Source: a virus (lineage: Duplodnaviria > Caudoviricetes). From it: a stretch of 54,668 bases of DNA. How positions within the stretch are numbered: position 1 is the first letter of the stretch; each line of letters starts with the position of its first letter. Shown one piece after another: positions 1 to 8,627 of this stretch. Below the pieces are notes generated by a model. That model ran no database searches. It was not told the origin of the DNA and was given only the letters and a program-made list of their open reading frames with translations. The stretch spans positions 1-54,668 of the IMG/VR virus record IMGVR_UViG_3300048592_000644; one strand, written 5' to 3'. The position numbers and the translations under genes are program-made.

Positions 1-26
1 TTATGACATTTGCGTTACGTTGTCAA
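1..26 (-). promoter_or_regulatory. sigma70-type promoter (truncated by window edge) with GTAACGCAAA box
   Basis: Minus strand TTGACA (21-26), 17-nt spacer containing GTAACGCAAA, then TAA at the window edge; same layout as promoters at 8056, 50099 and 52057. Confidence 0.6.
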
Positions 27-45
27 TATCTTTTGTCTTGAATGT

Positions 46-756
46 TCAAGGTATCAAATAAACCACTTCCCCGTTACCAGCCTCCCCCTTAACCAGTAGC
101 CCATCCCTAACTGCCCAAACTAAGTACCGTTTTTGCCAACGCTCTCTACCTGTTTTGAACATAGCCCGTTGTATGGCTTGTTTGGTGGTTGGTACTCTGG
201 CCTCTGTTAGCTCTTTTACAGTAGCCAATAGCTCAATAAACTTTTGTTTGCTCTTTAGGTTATGAGCCTGTTTTATGTTTGGCTTAGGGGCTTCTAGCGG
301 GTTCAGAGTATCAAGTTCGGTAACAGCATAAAACCATTTATCCTCCCCCGCCCATCTCCTTAAAATCCCCGCCTTTACGCCGTTGTCCATAGCTTGCCTT
401 AAAGCAGTGTCGCTAACTACGGCATCATGGTAAAAGTCGCCTATAAACTGTCTAATAATGTCAACGTCTATGTGCCTTAACCCTTCACTCTGCAAATAGC
501 CTATACAGCCCATTACCGCCCCTTCTAGCGTGTTTGGTGCATCGGCCGAGGCAAGAGGCGCACCCCACATTTTAGCGGCCTTCTTTTCAGCCTCTTGTAT
601 CGTTTTACCTTCGGCAAAAAAGGCTATCATCTCATTTATCCGGCGGGGAGCAAACACATAACCAGTCTTACTTTTCCTCACCACAAAACCATGAGGCCAT
701 TTGTAACCACATAACTCAGGTAATTCTTGCCCTGGGGCAATGTCATAAATCAGCAT
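46..756 (-). CDS. hypothetical protein, possibly winged-helix DNA-binding
   Basis: 236-aa ORF on the coding strand with AGGTGA-like SD; basic C-terminal half; no family recognised. Confidence 0.6.
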   Translation of the reverse strand: MLIYDIAPGQELPELCGYKWPHGFVVRKSKTGYVFAPRRINEMIAFFAEGKTIQEAEKKAAKMWGAPLASADAPNTLEGAVMGCIGYLQSEGLRHIDVDIIRQFIGDFYHDAVVSDTALRQAMDNGVKAGILRRWAGEDKWFYAVTELDTLNPLEAPKPNIKQAHNLKSKQKFIELLATVKELTEARVPTTKQAIQRAMFKTGRERWQKRYLVWAVRDGLLVKGEAGNGEVVYLIP

Positions 757-768
757 AGTTCACCTAAC

Positions 769-799
769 AAAAAACAGCCTCGAATATTCGAGGCTGTTT
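769..799 (-). terminator. intrinsic terminator
   Basis: Perfect palindrome aaacagcctcgaatattcgaggctgttt followed by a T-run on the minus strand, just downstream of ORF 820-1833. Confidence 0.75.
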
Positions 800-819
800 A
801 CTAGAAAGATTATTTAATT

Positions 820-1833
820 TTAGTTTAGATGTTTAGAAGCATCTTCTACCCAACGCCGGGCGGTACGTTCAGCTTGCCCGTATTTTTCCATGACTGCTTT
901 CCAGTCACTTCCCGCAATAAACAACCAATCCTCTTGGGTTAGTTCGTTTTTGCGTTTTGGTGCGGCCGGGGCCGGGCTAGAAGCCGGGGCAATGGCTTGT
1001 ACTTGGATTTGCGCCTGTTTGGTTTGCTCTTGAGCGATACGCAACTGGTAAGCCAATTGGTCACGCTCTAATTTTTGACGGGCTTCGTCGGCTTCTTTTT
1101 GTAGTTTAAGGCTATGTTCTAGCTCTTGTGCTTTTAAGGCCATCTGGTGGGTAAATTCTCGTTCCTCTTTTTCCAGTTGATAAGCACGGTCGGCCGCTTC
1201 TTTGGCCTCACTCTCTAAGCGTGTTTGTTCAGCCTTAGCTACAGCCGAATCACTTTCAATCTTGGCTATTGCGGCTAATTGTTCGGCTTCTTTTTCTGTG
1301 GCGTGTTTTTGGTCAACCATGTTGGCAAAGTTCATCATACCATTAACCGCATAAGAAAGTGGGGCCAAGATGTAAAGCATGATACCGATAATCCGTAAGG
1401 CTTGGCTCATTTCTTCCAGTAGGATTAGGGCAACGATGGCAATAACAACATACAGCACCACACCTAAGCCGGAAACAAGGGCAAAGAATTTGTAGATTTT
1501 GACATGCTCTTTTAATTCAGCATCCCACAAGGCCATTAAGAAGCGAATGGTTGATTTAGCTGAACCCATACCCAACAGGTCAAGGCCAATAGCCATAGAA
1601 GCGGCCATAAAGAAAGCCACAAAATCACCTAACGCCTCACGCGCCCCATGATAGACGGCCGCCCCCATAAAGATAACCGGGGATAGCACAATAATCATAG
1701 GGGCAATGCGCCAAGAGGTTTCAGTAAACAGCCGTTGGATAGCGTCTACCGCTCCAATGGAGCTATCTACAAATGACCATTTAGAGGAACGTTCATTTAA
1801 CTTAATCATAGCAGGGCGGACATTTGTCAACAT
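820..1833 (-). CDS. multi-pass membrane protein with coiled coil and C-terminal HTH (SpdB/DUF2637-like architecture)
   Basis: About 4 hydrophobic helices, long E/K/Q/A coiled coil, C-terminal WKAVMEKYGQAERTARRWV HTH-like motif; AGGAGATGC RBS. Confidence 0.6.
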   Translation of the reverse strand: MLTNVRPAMIKLNERSSKWSFVDSSIGAVDAIQRLFTETSWRIAPMIIVLSPVIFMGAAVYHGAREALGDFVAFFMAASMAIGLDLLGMGSAKSTIRFLMALWDAELKEHVKIYKFFALVSGLGVVLYVVIAIVALILLEEMSQALRIIGIMLYILAPLSYAVNGMMNFANMVDQKHATEKEAEQLAAIAKIESDSAVAKAEQTRLESEAKEAADRAYQLEKEEREFTHQMALKAQELEHSLKLQKEADEARQKLERDQLAYQLRIAQEQTKQAQIQVQAIAPASSPAPAAPKRKNELTQEDWLFIAGSDWKAVMEKYGQAERTARRWVEDASKHLN

Positions 1834-1888
1834 ATTAGCATCTCCTTTTACAAATCATGTGTCAAATGTCTGTCAAATGACAGACAAA

Positions 1889-2998
1889 CTAATTATGACT
1901 GACAAATTGTAATGGGTCAATGATTTGCCCATTTTTCTTTACCGATAGGTGGGTATGGCAATCTGTGGAGTTCCCATTAGAGCGTTCAACCCCTACAACT
2001 GTGCGCCCTTGTACCACCTCTTGCCCCACTTCTACGATGTAATCACCGTGCATCATTACCACTTCCAAGCCCAAAGGCTTGTTTTTTAAAGCCAAATAGC
2101 TGTTATTGGCCCCGTATGGCCCTACATAGCTATCAGTCCCTTTTCGCACGACAACCCCGGAAATAGGGGCATAAAGGGGAGTTCCGCATGGGGCAAGCCA
2201 ATCACGCCCCGGCCAATCACCCACCCCATGTAACCCATTGTCTACCAGAGTGGGGGTGACATTTGACGGGTACGGCAAAATCACCTCTCCCTCACCGGCC
2301 GGATAAATGTCTGGCACTTGTTTAGAGAGGTAGTTCACCCAAGCCGGTAAGGGGTTTTGAATTGACATATCTGGGGTACGCACTAATTCAGCCTTCGTAC
2401 AACCGTATTTATGTTGGGTATAAAACTCTCTAATCGCCTCACCATTACCACTTAAAACGCCCTTGTAAATGTCGTTTGTCCAACGGCTGTATCTTTGCGT
2501 CTCTTCTCCCCAATTCTTTGAATTTAAGGCCATAAAACCGCCGTTATAACCAGCAAAAGCATTGCCTACATCCCCCCCGGCCGCATTGAGGAAGGTGCGA
2601 TAAACCGCCGCTCCTTTGTCAATATTCACTTGCGGGTCATAAGCAAGGGGGAGTTCGTGGGACATGAAGTTTAGGGGCATCACTTGCATAAGCCCCATAG
2701 CCCCGGCCGATGACACCGCCTCTGGGTTGCCACATGATTCAACCAACATAATTGTTGCCAGGGCATTAGGGTCAACATCATAGGCCGATGCAGAACGCAC
2801 GATAAGCCGCTCCCAACGGGTGATAGTGGGGGGGAATAGGTGTGAGATTCGTTCAGTTTCAAACCCACCAGTGAGATAAACGTACCCTAACCAACCCCAA
2901 AAACAATAACGAAGGGCGGTACGGATACCCTTCCATACCGCCCCTAAATCAATCACTGTGCTAATTATGAGCGTTAAAACAGCCAGTAAGGTACTCAT
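1889..2998 (-). CDS. membrane-anchored lytic transglycosylase (SLT) + M23 peptidase
   Basis: SLT motifs IMLVES, AVSSAGAMGLMQVMP, AGYNGG, ETQRY; M23 motifs HxxxxxxxD, GTPLYAP, MHG, HTH; N-terminal TM segments. Confidence 0.9.
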   Translation of the reverse strand: MSTLLAVLTLIISTVIDLGAVWKGIRTALRYCFWGWLGYVYLTGGFETERISHLFPPTITRWERLIVRSASAYDVDPNALATIMLVESCGNPEAVSSAGAMGLMQVMPLNFMSHELPLAYDPQVNIDKGAAVYRTFLNAAGGDVGNAFAGYNGGFMALNSKNWGEETQRYSRWTNDIYKGVLSGNGEAIREFYTQHKYGCTKAELVRTPDMSIQNPLPAWVNYLSKQVPDIYPAGEGEVILPYPSNVTPTLVDNGLHGVGDWPGRDWLAPCGTPLYAPISGVVVRKGTDSYVGPYGANNSYLALKNKPLGLEVVMMHGDYIVEVGQEVVQGRTVVGVERSNGNSTDCHTHLSVKKNGQIIDPLQFVSHN

Positions 2999-3006
2999 TT
3001 TTGCCT

Positions 3007-4725
3007 CTAAAACATCTTTTCAAGGTTCTCTTTAATCTGCGAAACAGCGTTGTTACGCACGGCATTTTTGGAGTTCCAAATAGCCAAAATGGTTTTGTTT
3101 TGGCTATAGCCATTGAGCAACATAAACGATACTGCACGATGCTCCCCGGCCGTGATTCCGGGAATTGTGGCGGGGGATATGTCGCTCAAAAACTCAGTTA
3201 ATTTGGCTTTGACATAAGCCGGGATTCCCCCGCTATTAGCCTCTAAATCTTCATCTTCCCCTGGTACAATGCCTTGCACCACTGGCTGGTTATACCCCTC
3301 AAAAAGTGGTGTTTTAGTGGTGTTTTGCACTGGTGTAAACACTGGTGTTTCACCTTGCACCACCTCATAATTGGGGCGTTGCCAGTTCAGTTGGTTATTT
3401 TGCGCCCCGTTTTGCACCGGCCGGGAAACACTGGTGCGGCTGGTGTTTTGCCCGTTTGGATAAACCATAGGCATAGGTCGTTGTGTGGCCTCGTCCGGCC
3501 GGGTAGAGGGGTAATTGCCCATATATTCCCCTTCGCTTTCGTCATCGGTCGGCGGACGGTTATCCCCTTCGTTAATAGCTAATTGCTCCCAAAGAGGAGC
3601 CTGGGCAGGGGTTGGGCAGTGCTTTTTGTACAACTTCGGGTCGGGTAAGCGGGGGGTCACAAACTCTTGTTTGTTGCCTCCATACCCATCGGCAATAACC
3701 AGTTTTCGTTCCCCCGTTTTATGGTCTTTTAAGGCTTGGACAATGTAGGTGAAGTTTTGCATCAAATCAGTTTGCCCTTTCATATCCATTGTTTTCATCT
3801 GCTTGTCTTGTACCCCAAGCATTAGATGAATATTTAATTTCCGGCCCCGGCGTAGGATTTGCTCTACAACGGGTTTGACATACTGTGTATTAGCCGTTAC
3901 CGCCGCATATTCGTCAATAACCACATAAAGCGGGGGAAAATCCTCTGCCCCTTCTGCATATAACTTATTGCGGCGGTCGAATAACCGGCCGATGTTAACC
4001 GCCACTTTATCAATAAGGTCATAGTTGCTCCCCCGTCCGTAAACTTTGCACCCCGGCCACAGACCAATAGCGGCATCAGGGTCTAAGACAACCACTAAGC
4101 CTTGTTTAGCGGGGTCTGGTTCACGTTTAGCCCGTTTTACCCACATAGCGGTTAACGCATGATACAGGGTTGTTTTACCCCCCCCTGTATGCCCAATCAC
4201 AAGGTTATGCAGGGCATCAGCCAATAAAGTCATCACGGCCGGGTCTGATTGTTCACCAGCTAAGACAGGTCGGCCGGTCGGCAATGGTGCATGAGCGGCC
4301 GGGGCGGGGCTTTCGTGCCGCATAACAGGGGCAACGGGGCGGGACGGCTGACTAACCGGCCGGGGTATGTTTGGGGTAGTTGGGTTAGGCGAATTAGAGC
4401 CACCGGCCGGGGGATTGTCACCGAACACGCCCATAGTCACAATTTGACCTAAATCACCATTATTGAGGAAATGGTTAACTACCCGGTATGTGCCGTAGGT
4501 TAAAATGCCACCGCTTACGCAGGTAAAGGCAGAGATGGGTACAACTTCCTCTGGCCCAAAAACGTTTTCAATAAAACTAGCCCAGACAAAGCCTCCCCCA
4601 CAAACGGTAAATACTCCCACCCCGGCCGCTTTCACGACAAAACCGCCAGCATCATTTACGATGTCAGCCAAGCCCCGGCCGGTCGTGCGTTGGTTTACAA
4701 AGTTTCTTACTGTGGTCATGTCCAT
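3007..4725 (-). CDS. FtsK/HerA-superfamily (TraB/coupling-protein-like) membrane ATPase
   Basis: Two N-terminal TM helices, Pro-rich linker, Walker A GHTGGGKT, Walker B VVIDE, RRGRKLNIHLMLGVQ motif; start moved to 4725 behind AGGAG. Confidence 0.85.
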   Translation of the reverse strand: MDMTTVRNFVNQRTTGRGLADIVNDAGGFVVKAAGVGVFTVCGGGFVWASFIENVFGPEEVVPISAFTCVSGGILTYGTYRVVNHFLNNGDLGQIVTMGVFGDNPPAGGSNSPNPTTPNIPRPVSQPSRPVAPVMRHESPAPAAHAPLPTGRPVLAGEQSDPAVMTLLADALHNLVIGHTGGGKTTLYHALTAMWVKRAKREPDPAKQGLVVVLDPDAAIGLWPGCKVYGRGSNYDLIDKVAVNIGRLFDRRNKLYAEGAEDFPPLYVVIDEYAAVTANTQYVKPVVEQILRRGRKLNIHLMLGVQDKQMKTMDMKGQTDLMQNFTYIVQALKDHKTGERKLVIADGYGGNKQEFVTPRLPDPKLYKKHCPTPAQAPLWEQLAINEGDNRPPTDDESEGEYMGNYPSTRPDEATQRPMPMVYPNGQNTSRTSVSRPVQNGAQNNQLNWQRPNYEVVQGETPVFTPVQNTTKTPLFEGYNQPVVQGIVPGEDEDLEANSGGIPAYVKAKLTEFLSDISPATIPGITAGEHRAVSFMLLNGYSQNKTILAIWNSKNAVRNNAVSQIKENLEKMF

Positions 4726-4736
4726 AACTACTACTC

Positions 4737-4997
4737 CTAACCTTTGAGGCGAGAGGCGACAAAGGCAATAAACAACAAAGTACCCAAACAACCAACAACG
4801 CCTAAAGAGCTATCTTCACTATTGAAAATCAAGGAAACCTGTGCATAAAAACTGAACATTACCCAAAAAACGAAGGTGCATAACAAGAAAAGGGACGTTG
4901 CCACTACCCCAAGCACCCGGCCGGAGTAGTTTTTGAGGCTCTTAAAGCCATTTACCAAAATATCTTTGATGGTACGCATTGCGTCTGGTTGCATCAT
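4737..4997 (-). CDS. small two-TM membrane protein
   Basis: 3' part of ORF 4737-5159; ATG at 4997 after AGGTG, next to the upstream stop; two hydrophobic helices. Confidence 0.6.
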   Translation of the reverse strand: MMQPDAMRTIKDILVNGFKSLKNYSGRVLGVVATSLFLLCTFVFWVMFSFYAQVSLIFNSEDSSLGVVGCLGTLLFIAFVASRLKG

Positions 4998-5001
4998 ACA
5001 C

Positions 5002-5877
5002 CTACCGTACTGTGAAGATGGCCCCGGCCACGGCCGTACCAAATTGATTGAGATAACAACGGGGCAGTGAGTAGGTCGTACCAAACAACCAACCTGGGCT
5101 TGTTTCTTGGATAGTGGCTGTTTCATCACAAGCACTTGTCCACGCCTTTGCCCCGTCATTCAAAACCACATAAGTACCCCCCGCCAACATTTGCCGTGTT
5201 TGGGTTTGAATAGAACTGTCAGCCCAAAAACTATGTTGCACCCCGCCAAAGAACTGAGTGCGAGTGGTCAATACGGTTTCAGCCTGATTTAACTTATCTT
5301 GTGCCGCCAAACCTTGAACATCCAAAGGGGACATAGCCAAGATAGACTGAACTACCGCCCGGCCTTTGGTGCGGTCGCCGCTTTTTTCAGCATCGGCTAA
5401 CTGAGTGTAATAGCCGAACAATACCTGCATTTCTGCGGTAACGGTTACAGGCGGGGCATAGGAAACGGGTGGTTGGTTGACGGCCGGTACACCCCCGCTA
5501 TAGTTTGGTGGTGGAGCATACCCCCCGCCCACGGCCGGGGCTTGATACTGTTGAGGGGGAGTGTAGGGGGTGTTGGATTGGTAGTAATAATCCATTGTGG
5601 TATTCGTGGTATTGCCCCACAAACCAGTACGCAACCCCAAATTACCAACGGCGTGACTGGCTTCACCCACGATAGGCAACCAATTGTTTCCTACTTGAGT
5701 TTGGGATTTAGTGAAGGCCGTAGGCACTACCCAAACCAGCATGAATACCACAACTGCGGCCACAACACACATGCCGATAAGGTAATTCACGGCCGCTTTG
5801 GCGTTCATGGGGCGCAAATTCCACGCCACATAACCGGCAATACCAAAAATAATGAGGGTCAAAAAAAACGGGGTCAT
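5002..5877 (-). CDS. membrane protein with Pro/Tyr-rich linker and extracytoplasmic domain
   Basis: Two N-terminal TM helices, P/Y/Q-rich linker, C-terminal domain with two Cys; AGGAGATGC RBS. Confidence 0.7.
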   Translation of the reverse strand: MTPFFLTLIIFGIAGYVAWNLRPMNAKAAVNYLIGMCVVAAVVVFMLVWVVPTAFTKSQTQVGNNWLPIVGEASHAVGNLGLRTGLWGNTTNTTMDYYYQSNTPYTPPQQYQAPAVGGGYAPPPNYSGGVPAVNQPPVSYAPPVTVTAEMQVLFGYYTQLADAEKSGDRTKGRAVVQSILAMSPLDVQGLAAQDKLNQAETVLTTRTQFFGGVQHSFWADSSIQTQTRQMLAGGTYVVLNDGAKAWTSACDETATIQETSPGWLFGTTYSLPRCYLNQFGTAVAGAIFTVR

Positions 5878-5910
5878 ACAAGCATCTCCTTTGCTAGAAA
5901 TTCAGTTACA

Positions 5911-6186
5911 TTACAGAGGCCAATCATCAAACCAGATAATCAGCAAAACATCTAAAACAACTTGATACCATTTCAAAGGTATTGGTTGCCAGTTGGGTTT
6001 GTTTGATTTTGCCCGGTTACATTCCCGGCAACTACAAACAACGTTCCCCCAACTTCCCCCGCCCCTAGATACTGGTAAAACATGGTCAAACTCTAAGATG
6101 TCGGGGAACTTTCCACAGTACCTACAATGACCAAAGTCTCTAATAAGTACCCTTAACTTTGTTTTTGTAGATACATGCCTACTCAT
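5911..6186 (-). CDS. HNH endonuclease
   Basis: RDFGHCRYCG...DHVLPVSRGG...NVVCSCRECNRAK. Confidence 0.9.
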   Translation of the reverse strand: MSRHVSTKTKLRVLIRDFGHCRYCGKFPDILEFDHVLPVSRGGGSWGNVVCSCRECNRAKSNKPNWQPIPLKWYQVVLDVLLIIWFDDWPL

Positions 6187-6194
6187 AAACCCCT

Positions 6195-6257
6195 AGTTTA
6201 GCAATGTGGTACAAAATTGGTCAAATGATTGCCTAATTTTAACCACATGAATAGAAT
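6195..6257. promoter_or_regulatory. back-to-back divergent sigma70 promoters with inverted-repeat spacers
   Basis: Plus TTGCCT(6229-6234)-17-TAGAAT(6252-6257); minus TTGACC(6219-6224)-18-TAAACT(6195-6200); both spacers contain AATTTT..ACCACAT. Confidence 0.65.
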
Positions 6258-6330
6258 ATCGGCTTAGGAGATGCTTTTATGAACAATCAAACGAAATACC
6301 CCTTTAGTTTTCTAAAAGGAGATGCCACCA

Positions 6331-6885
6331 ATGCAGGAAACAAGTGATTATATTTATTCTTTCGGGAAAACACTTCCTACTATCTCCCCCAAAGAACAAG
6401 AAGTTCTTGAGCAAGTCCGAAATATTAGCTTTGAAAGGGCGTTAAGTTCCTTCACAAATAAAGGGCATGACCCTCTCTCTTACACCCTAGTAACTCACGA
6501 AAAGGTTGTATGGCGCACTGAGATATTGATTGACTTTCGGGGGTTTAGTCGGCCGGTTGATTATCTCTACAAACCAACACCGCCCCCAACCAAAGAACGC
6601 CACAGTTTCACCTATCTTAGCCTTAGCATGTTTTTGGCTAACCCCTCAATCCTGCCGCTTAATGGGCAGTTAATCATGCCACCAGAGTATCTAAATCAAT
6701 CCCCTGTGCCAGAAGAAATAGGGATGCAATATTTTAATCTTCTCTCGCATGAACGGCCTAATCGCCCTAAAGACATAGTTCTGCATAGAAAAACTTACAG
6801 GGTTGGTATGATGCACTCTTGTTCCTTTTCGTTGGGCGAAGAGGTTTATTATTTATCTTGTTTTGCTTTTCAGAGGAGCGAGTAA
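6331..6885 (+). CDS. hypothetical protein
   Basis: ORF 6322-6885; ATG at 6331 is properly spaced from AAGGAGATGC. Confidence 0.65.
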   Translation: MQETSDYIYSFGKTLPTISPKEQEVLEQVRNISFERALSSFTNKGHDPLSYTLVTHEKVVWRTEILIDFRGFSRPVDYLYKPTPPPTKERHSFTYLSLSMFLANPSILPLNGQLIMPPEYLNQSPVPEEIGMQYFNLLSHERPNRPKDIVLHRKTYRVGMMHSCSFSLGEEVYYLSCFAFQRSE

Positions 6886-7175
6886 TGGATACCAGCGATT
6901 TATTGAACTCTGGTGAAGTGGCCTTGATGTTTAATGTGTCAATTTCTCGCGCCTCCAGGCTCATAAAAAGGGGCTTTGAAAAAAGCGGGGTTGGTTTTAA
7001 GAAGGGGCGCAACTGGTTTATTTTCCGCACAGAAGTAGAAGCTATTCGGCCCCGGCCCACGGCCGGGCGGCCGCGCAAAGGAACGGTAAAAAGTGAGTTA
7101 CAACAAAGCGATGAAACACGCGAACAATCCCCGGCGGTTCAAAATGACCAAAGCACAACGGGCGGGGAATCGTAA
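6885..7175 (+). CDS. excisionase-like HTH DNA-binding protein with AT-hook-like motif
   Basis: LLNSGEVALMFNVSISRASRLIKRG...KKGRNWFIFRTEV, then GRPRK; TAATG coupling to upstream gene and GAGGAG RBS. Confidence 0.75.
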   Translation: MDTSDLLNSGEVALMFNVSISRASRLIKRGFEKSGVGFKKGRNWFIFRTEVEAIRPRPTAGRPRKGTVKSELQQSDETREQSPAVQNDQSTTGGES

Positions 7176-7419
7176 TGTAGGAATGGGGTTATCTGTTTTA
7201 GGCTCTCAGGAACGGCGGGGAAACCCTTCCTTTGGTGGGGGAATAGAGCATAAAAAGCTAATGAAACTTGTCTTACAGTATGATGACGAGACAGAGAAGT
7301 TACTGAAGGAAAACCCCAATCTGGTGATTGTGGGCAACCGGCCGGACAGACAAAAAATATTGTCTCTTTACTTCCCGGACGGGAATTACAATGACTGGAA
7401 GCCGGGGGATGACGAATAA
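7093..7419 (+). CDS. hypothetical protein
   Basis: 108-aa ORF ending just before a terminator; start uncertain. Confidence 0.5.
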   Translation: MSYNKAMKHANNPRRFKMTKAQRAGNRNVGMGLSVLGSQERRGNPSFGGGIEHKKLMKLVLQYDDETEKLLKENPNLVIVGNRPDRQKILSLYFPDGNYNDWKPGDDE

Positions 7420-7424
7420 CACAC

Positions 7425-7457
7425 AACAAAAAAGAGGCCAATGGCCTCTTTTTTGTT
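7425..7457. terminator. bidirectional intrinsic terminator
   Basis: aacaaaaaagaggcc-aat-ggcctcttttttgtt between convergent genes. Confidence 0.9.
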
Positions 7458-7483
7458 ACTCTACCTTTTTTTTTACTTACGGC

Positions 7484-7969
7484 TTAGAGAGTAAAAAACT
7501 CTTTTGAGTTTGTATCAAATTCAAATTTATTCCCTTCAAAAACGTAGACAGGGTGGCCTTCCTCTGATAACCCACCATCAAGCATTGCCAACTCTTGAGC
7601 CATAACTTCTAATGCTTCCCGCCATCCCAACTTTTGCCCGGCCGGGTGCGTGGTCAAAAATTGATACCGTGCATCTAAATAAAAAGAGGTTTTATCTTGA
7701 ACGCTAACGTTAATTACATCTTCTAATTTACCAGCTAACCAATCTTGACCAAACTTCTCACCATCAAAATCAACAATTTCTAAGCCGTTGTCAAAATGAA
7801 ATTTGGCGATGGCTTTGGCGGTTGCTTCAACCGTTCCATAAGCGGCAAATTGTTCTGAGGTGGAACTGTTGGCAAGTGCGCTATCTAACATCTCTGAGGC
7901 GAATTGGTAAGGGTTATATGTACGGGTATCAACGGCAACTACAACGGGGCTAACATTTTTATCGGTCAT
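7484..7969 (-). CDS. hypothetical protein
   Basis: 161-aa acidic ORF with AGGAGATGC RBS, downstream of a consensus promoter. Confidence 0.7.
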   Translation of the reverse strand: MTDKNVSPVVVAVDTRTYNPYQFASEMLDSALANSSTSEQFAAYGTVEATAKAIAKFHFDNGLEIVDFDGEKFGQDWLAGKLEDVINVSVQDKTSFYLDARYQFLTTHPAGQKLGWREALEVMAQELAMLDGGLSEEGHPVYVFEGNKFEFDTNSKEFFTL

Positions 7970-8055
7970 GGTGCATCTCCTATGCTGAATGTGTGTTTAA
8001 TTAAATTATAAAAGCCAGTTGGAAAATTGTTTTACTTCGTTAAGTTATAAAGCTA

Positions 8056-8084
8056 ATTATAGGCGGTTTGCGTTACTTTGTCAA
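8056..8084 (-). promoter_or_regulatory. consensus sigma70 promoter with GTAACGCAAA box
   Basis: TTGACA(8079-8084)-17-TATAAT(8056-8061), followed by TAGCTTTATAACTTAA. Confidence 0.85.
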
Positions 8085-8615
8085 TGGTGAGTTTTGTGGC
8101 ACAAAACGACTTCCCGGCCGCGCTCTTAGCGATTGCTCCCAGGGAAGTTCCCCACTAAGAGCCGTTTCCCATGTTTCTTTTCTACCCGGCCCTTCCCATA
8201 CCGACATGAAAGCACCTGTTACAAAGTTCATGTCGGTATAGCACACGGCGGGTAGATATTCATGCCAAGTCCCAACATAAAAGCCTTGAGCGTCCCTGTG
8301 TATCGTGGCACACCTTGCCCATTCTGGGGCGGTACGCCAATCGTACTGTTTCTCCCAAAATGTTGCGTCAATCTTTCCGGCCGGGGCGGGGAGATTGTTA
8401 GATGCCGGGTTGGTAAGTGGGGCGTTTTTTATCTCATGTAATGCTTTAGAGACTAAATCAGCAACCGCACTTAACTCAACCGTGCTTTTACCAATCTCAA
8501 CCGAATCCCCTCTTTCATCAAACAAACTGACAGTAGGCTCACCATCACTAAACTTTATCTGACAGCTAACCTTACATTTCTCATCACTAAAAATAATTCT
8601 TTTTTGGCTGGCCAT
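8073..8615 (-). CDS. hypothetical protein
   Basis: 180-aa ORF with AAGGA RBS; YDWRTAPEWARCA motif. Confidence 0.65.
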   Translation of the reverse strand: MASQKRIIFSDEKCKVSCQIKFSDGEPTVSLFDERGDSVEIGKSTVELSAVADLVSKALHEIKNAPLTNPASNNLPAPAGKIDATFWEKQYDWRTAPEWARCATIHRDAQGFYVGTWHEYLPAVCYTDMNFVTGAFMSVWEGPGRKETWETALSGELPWEQSLRARPGSRFVPQNSPLTK

Positions 8616-8627
8616 AACAATTTCCTT

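Noticed and set aside
3007-4725. Packaging ATPase or type IV secretion system
   Set aside because: A canonical terminase and portal are present, and no VirB4, relaxase or pilin genes were recognised
6885-7175. Integration/excision module
   Set aside because: An excisionase-like HTH is present, but no integrase or att site is visible, so lysogeny cannot be claimed from this window
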